Assembly (NCBI RefSeq): GCF_031769215.1 | Contig: NW_026782190.1 | Location: 682,001-746,000 of the forward strand | Reading direction: 5' to 3' | From: Ylistrum balloti | Taxonomy: Eukaryota | DNA length: 64,000 nucleotides | Shown: positions 63,290 to 64,000 of the stretch, one piece after another | Layout of the letters: every line of letters starts with the position of its first letter | Position numbering within the stretch: the stretch's first letter is position 1 | Program-made: the position numbers and the translations under genes | Notes under the pieces: model-generated | What the model was told of the DNA's origin: nothing | The model's input: the letters and a program-made list of their open reading frames with translations, nothing else | Database searches by the model: none

Positions 63290-63580
63290 CTCATCACCCC
63301 ATAATCAGTGAAGGTCATTTTGGATTTTAACAATGAAAGTTTGTTATGGAAATTTCTTCAGATGTACTGGACGGATCTTTCTCAAATTCACACATATCTT
63401 AGTCTTATTCCCTAGACGTGACCTTTTGATTTTGGAACTGACCAGAACTAACAAAATGACTTGATAGGCAACCATCTTGGATTTGATAGAGGAAATTAGA
63501 TAAAGGAAAGGATTAAACTTTTAAAGAACATATAAAGATCAAACAATAAAGGGTGGTAAGATCCCTCTGGGATCTCTTGT
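63290..63580 (+). mobile_element. HINE-like element, truncated
   Basis: Ends AAGATCCCTCTGGGATCTCTTGT; shares internal blocks with 60310-61126. Confidence 0.55.
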
Positions 63581-63649
63581 AATGATATTCTAATAACTTT
63601 TAATACATGACATGTAATATTACTGCTTGTTTGCTCCCATTACATATAT

Positions 63650-64000
63650 CTAAAACCATTGAGCAGAGAGACTGTCTTTGATGTCATGTTTAGTGTTGCG
63701 TTTTGATCGTGTCACAATGGCGGCTTCCCCCTTCTTCCTGATACGCCGGGCCTGTAACTTCTCATGCTTCTGCTTAAGTTGTCTCTTCATCTTCTCTTTG
63801 ACAATCTGAGGATCCATTGTGGAGGTATTACTGGACATACTGAGGGAACTCCGCTGTCTTGTGTTGGACAAGTGGAAGTTAGTGTGTTCCATACTTTCCT
63901 CATTTCTAAAAGGTTTGTAGGCTCTGTTAGAATGACTTAAGTCCTCTAATGCTTCGTTTTCCTCTTCACTCAAGACTTCATCTGATAATCTATCATTTAC
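63650..64000 (-). CDS. RIOK2: Serine/threonine kinase RIO2, last coding exon (partial)
   Basis: Open from the window end to TAG: LEDLSHSNRAYKPFRNEE...DPQIVKEKMKRQLKQK...KKGEAAIVTRSKR...IKDSL matches the RIOK2 C-terminus (NREFRPFRDEE...VKQKVKRQLTK...KGEANIFTKQRR). Confidence 0.88.
   Translation of the reverse strand, partial: VNDRLSDEVLSEEENEALEDLSHSNRAYKPFRNEESMEHTNFHLSNTRQRSSLSMSSNTSTMDPQIVKEKMKRQLKQKHEKLQARRIRKKGEAAIVTRSKRNTKHDIKDSLSAQWF

Overview
AT-rich, intron-containing animal genomic DNA. The repeat families point to a bivalve mollusc (possibly a scallop; inference only). Genes supported by exon-by-exon reconstruction: RPL4 (minus, 9 coding exons, 346 aa; 5'TOP start; one GC-AG intron; hosts U18/SNORD18 copies and two H/ACA snoRNAs), head-to-head with TUBGCP4 (plus, 16 coding exons, ~657 aa); an uncharacterised minus-strand gene of >=1311 aa with vWA, two MIB/HERC2 and a C-terminal WWE domain; a C18orf32/UPF0729 homolog (plus); and the last exon of RIOK2 (minus, truncated by the window end). 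Mobile DNA includes a TA-flanked, internally deleted IS630/Tc1/mariner element with DD38E spacing, several Helentron-type non-autonomous elements, Penelope-like fragments and a MITE. The most striking patterns are: (1) four intronic tandem arrays (plus a fifth at a candidate exon) built from the 3' end of the adjacent exon plus its 5' splice site; (2) an RPL4 whose conserved C-terminal extension is remodelled; (3) tandem snoRNA amplification within single RPL4 introns; (4) the vWA-MIB/HERC2-WWE architecture with no visible catalytic domain. No database searches were run, so novelty is unverified.
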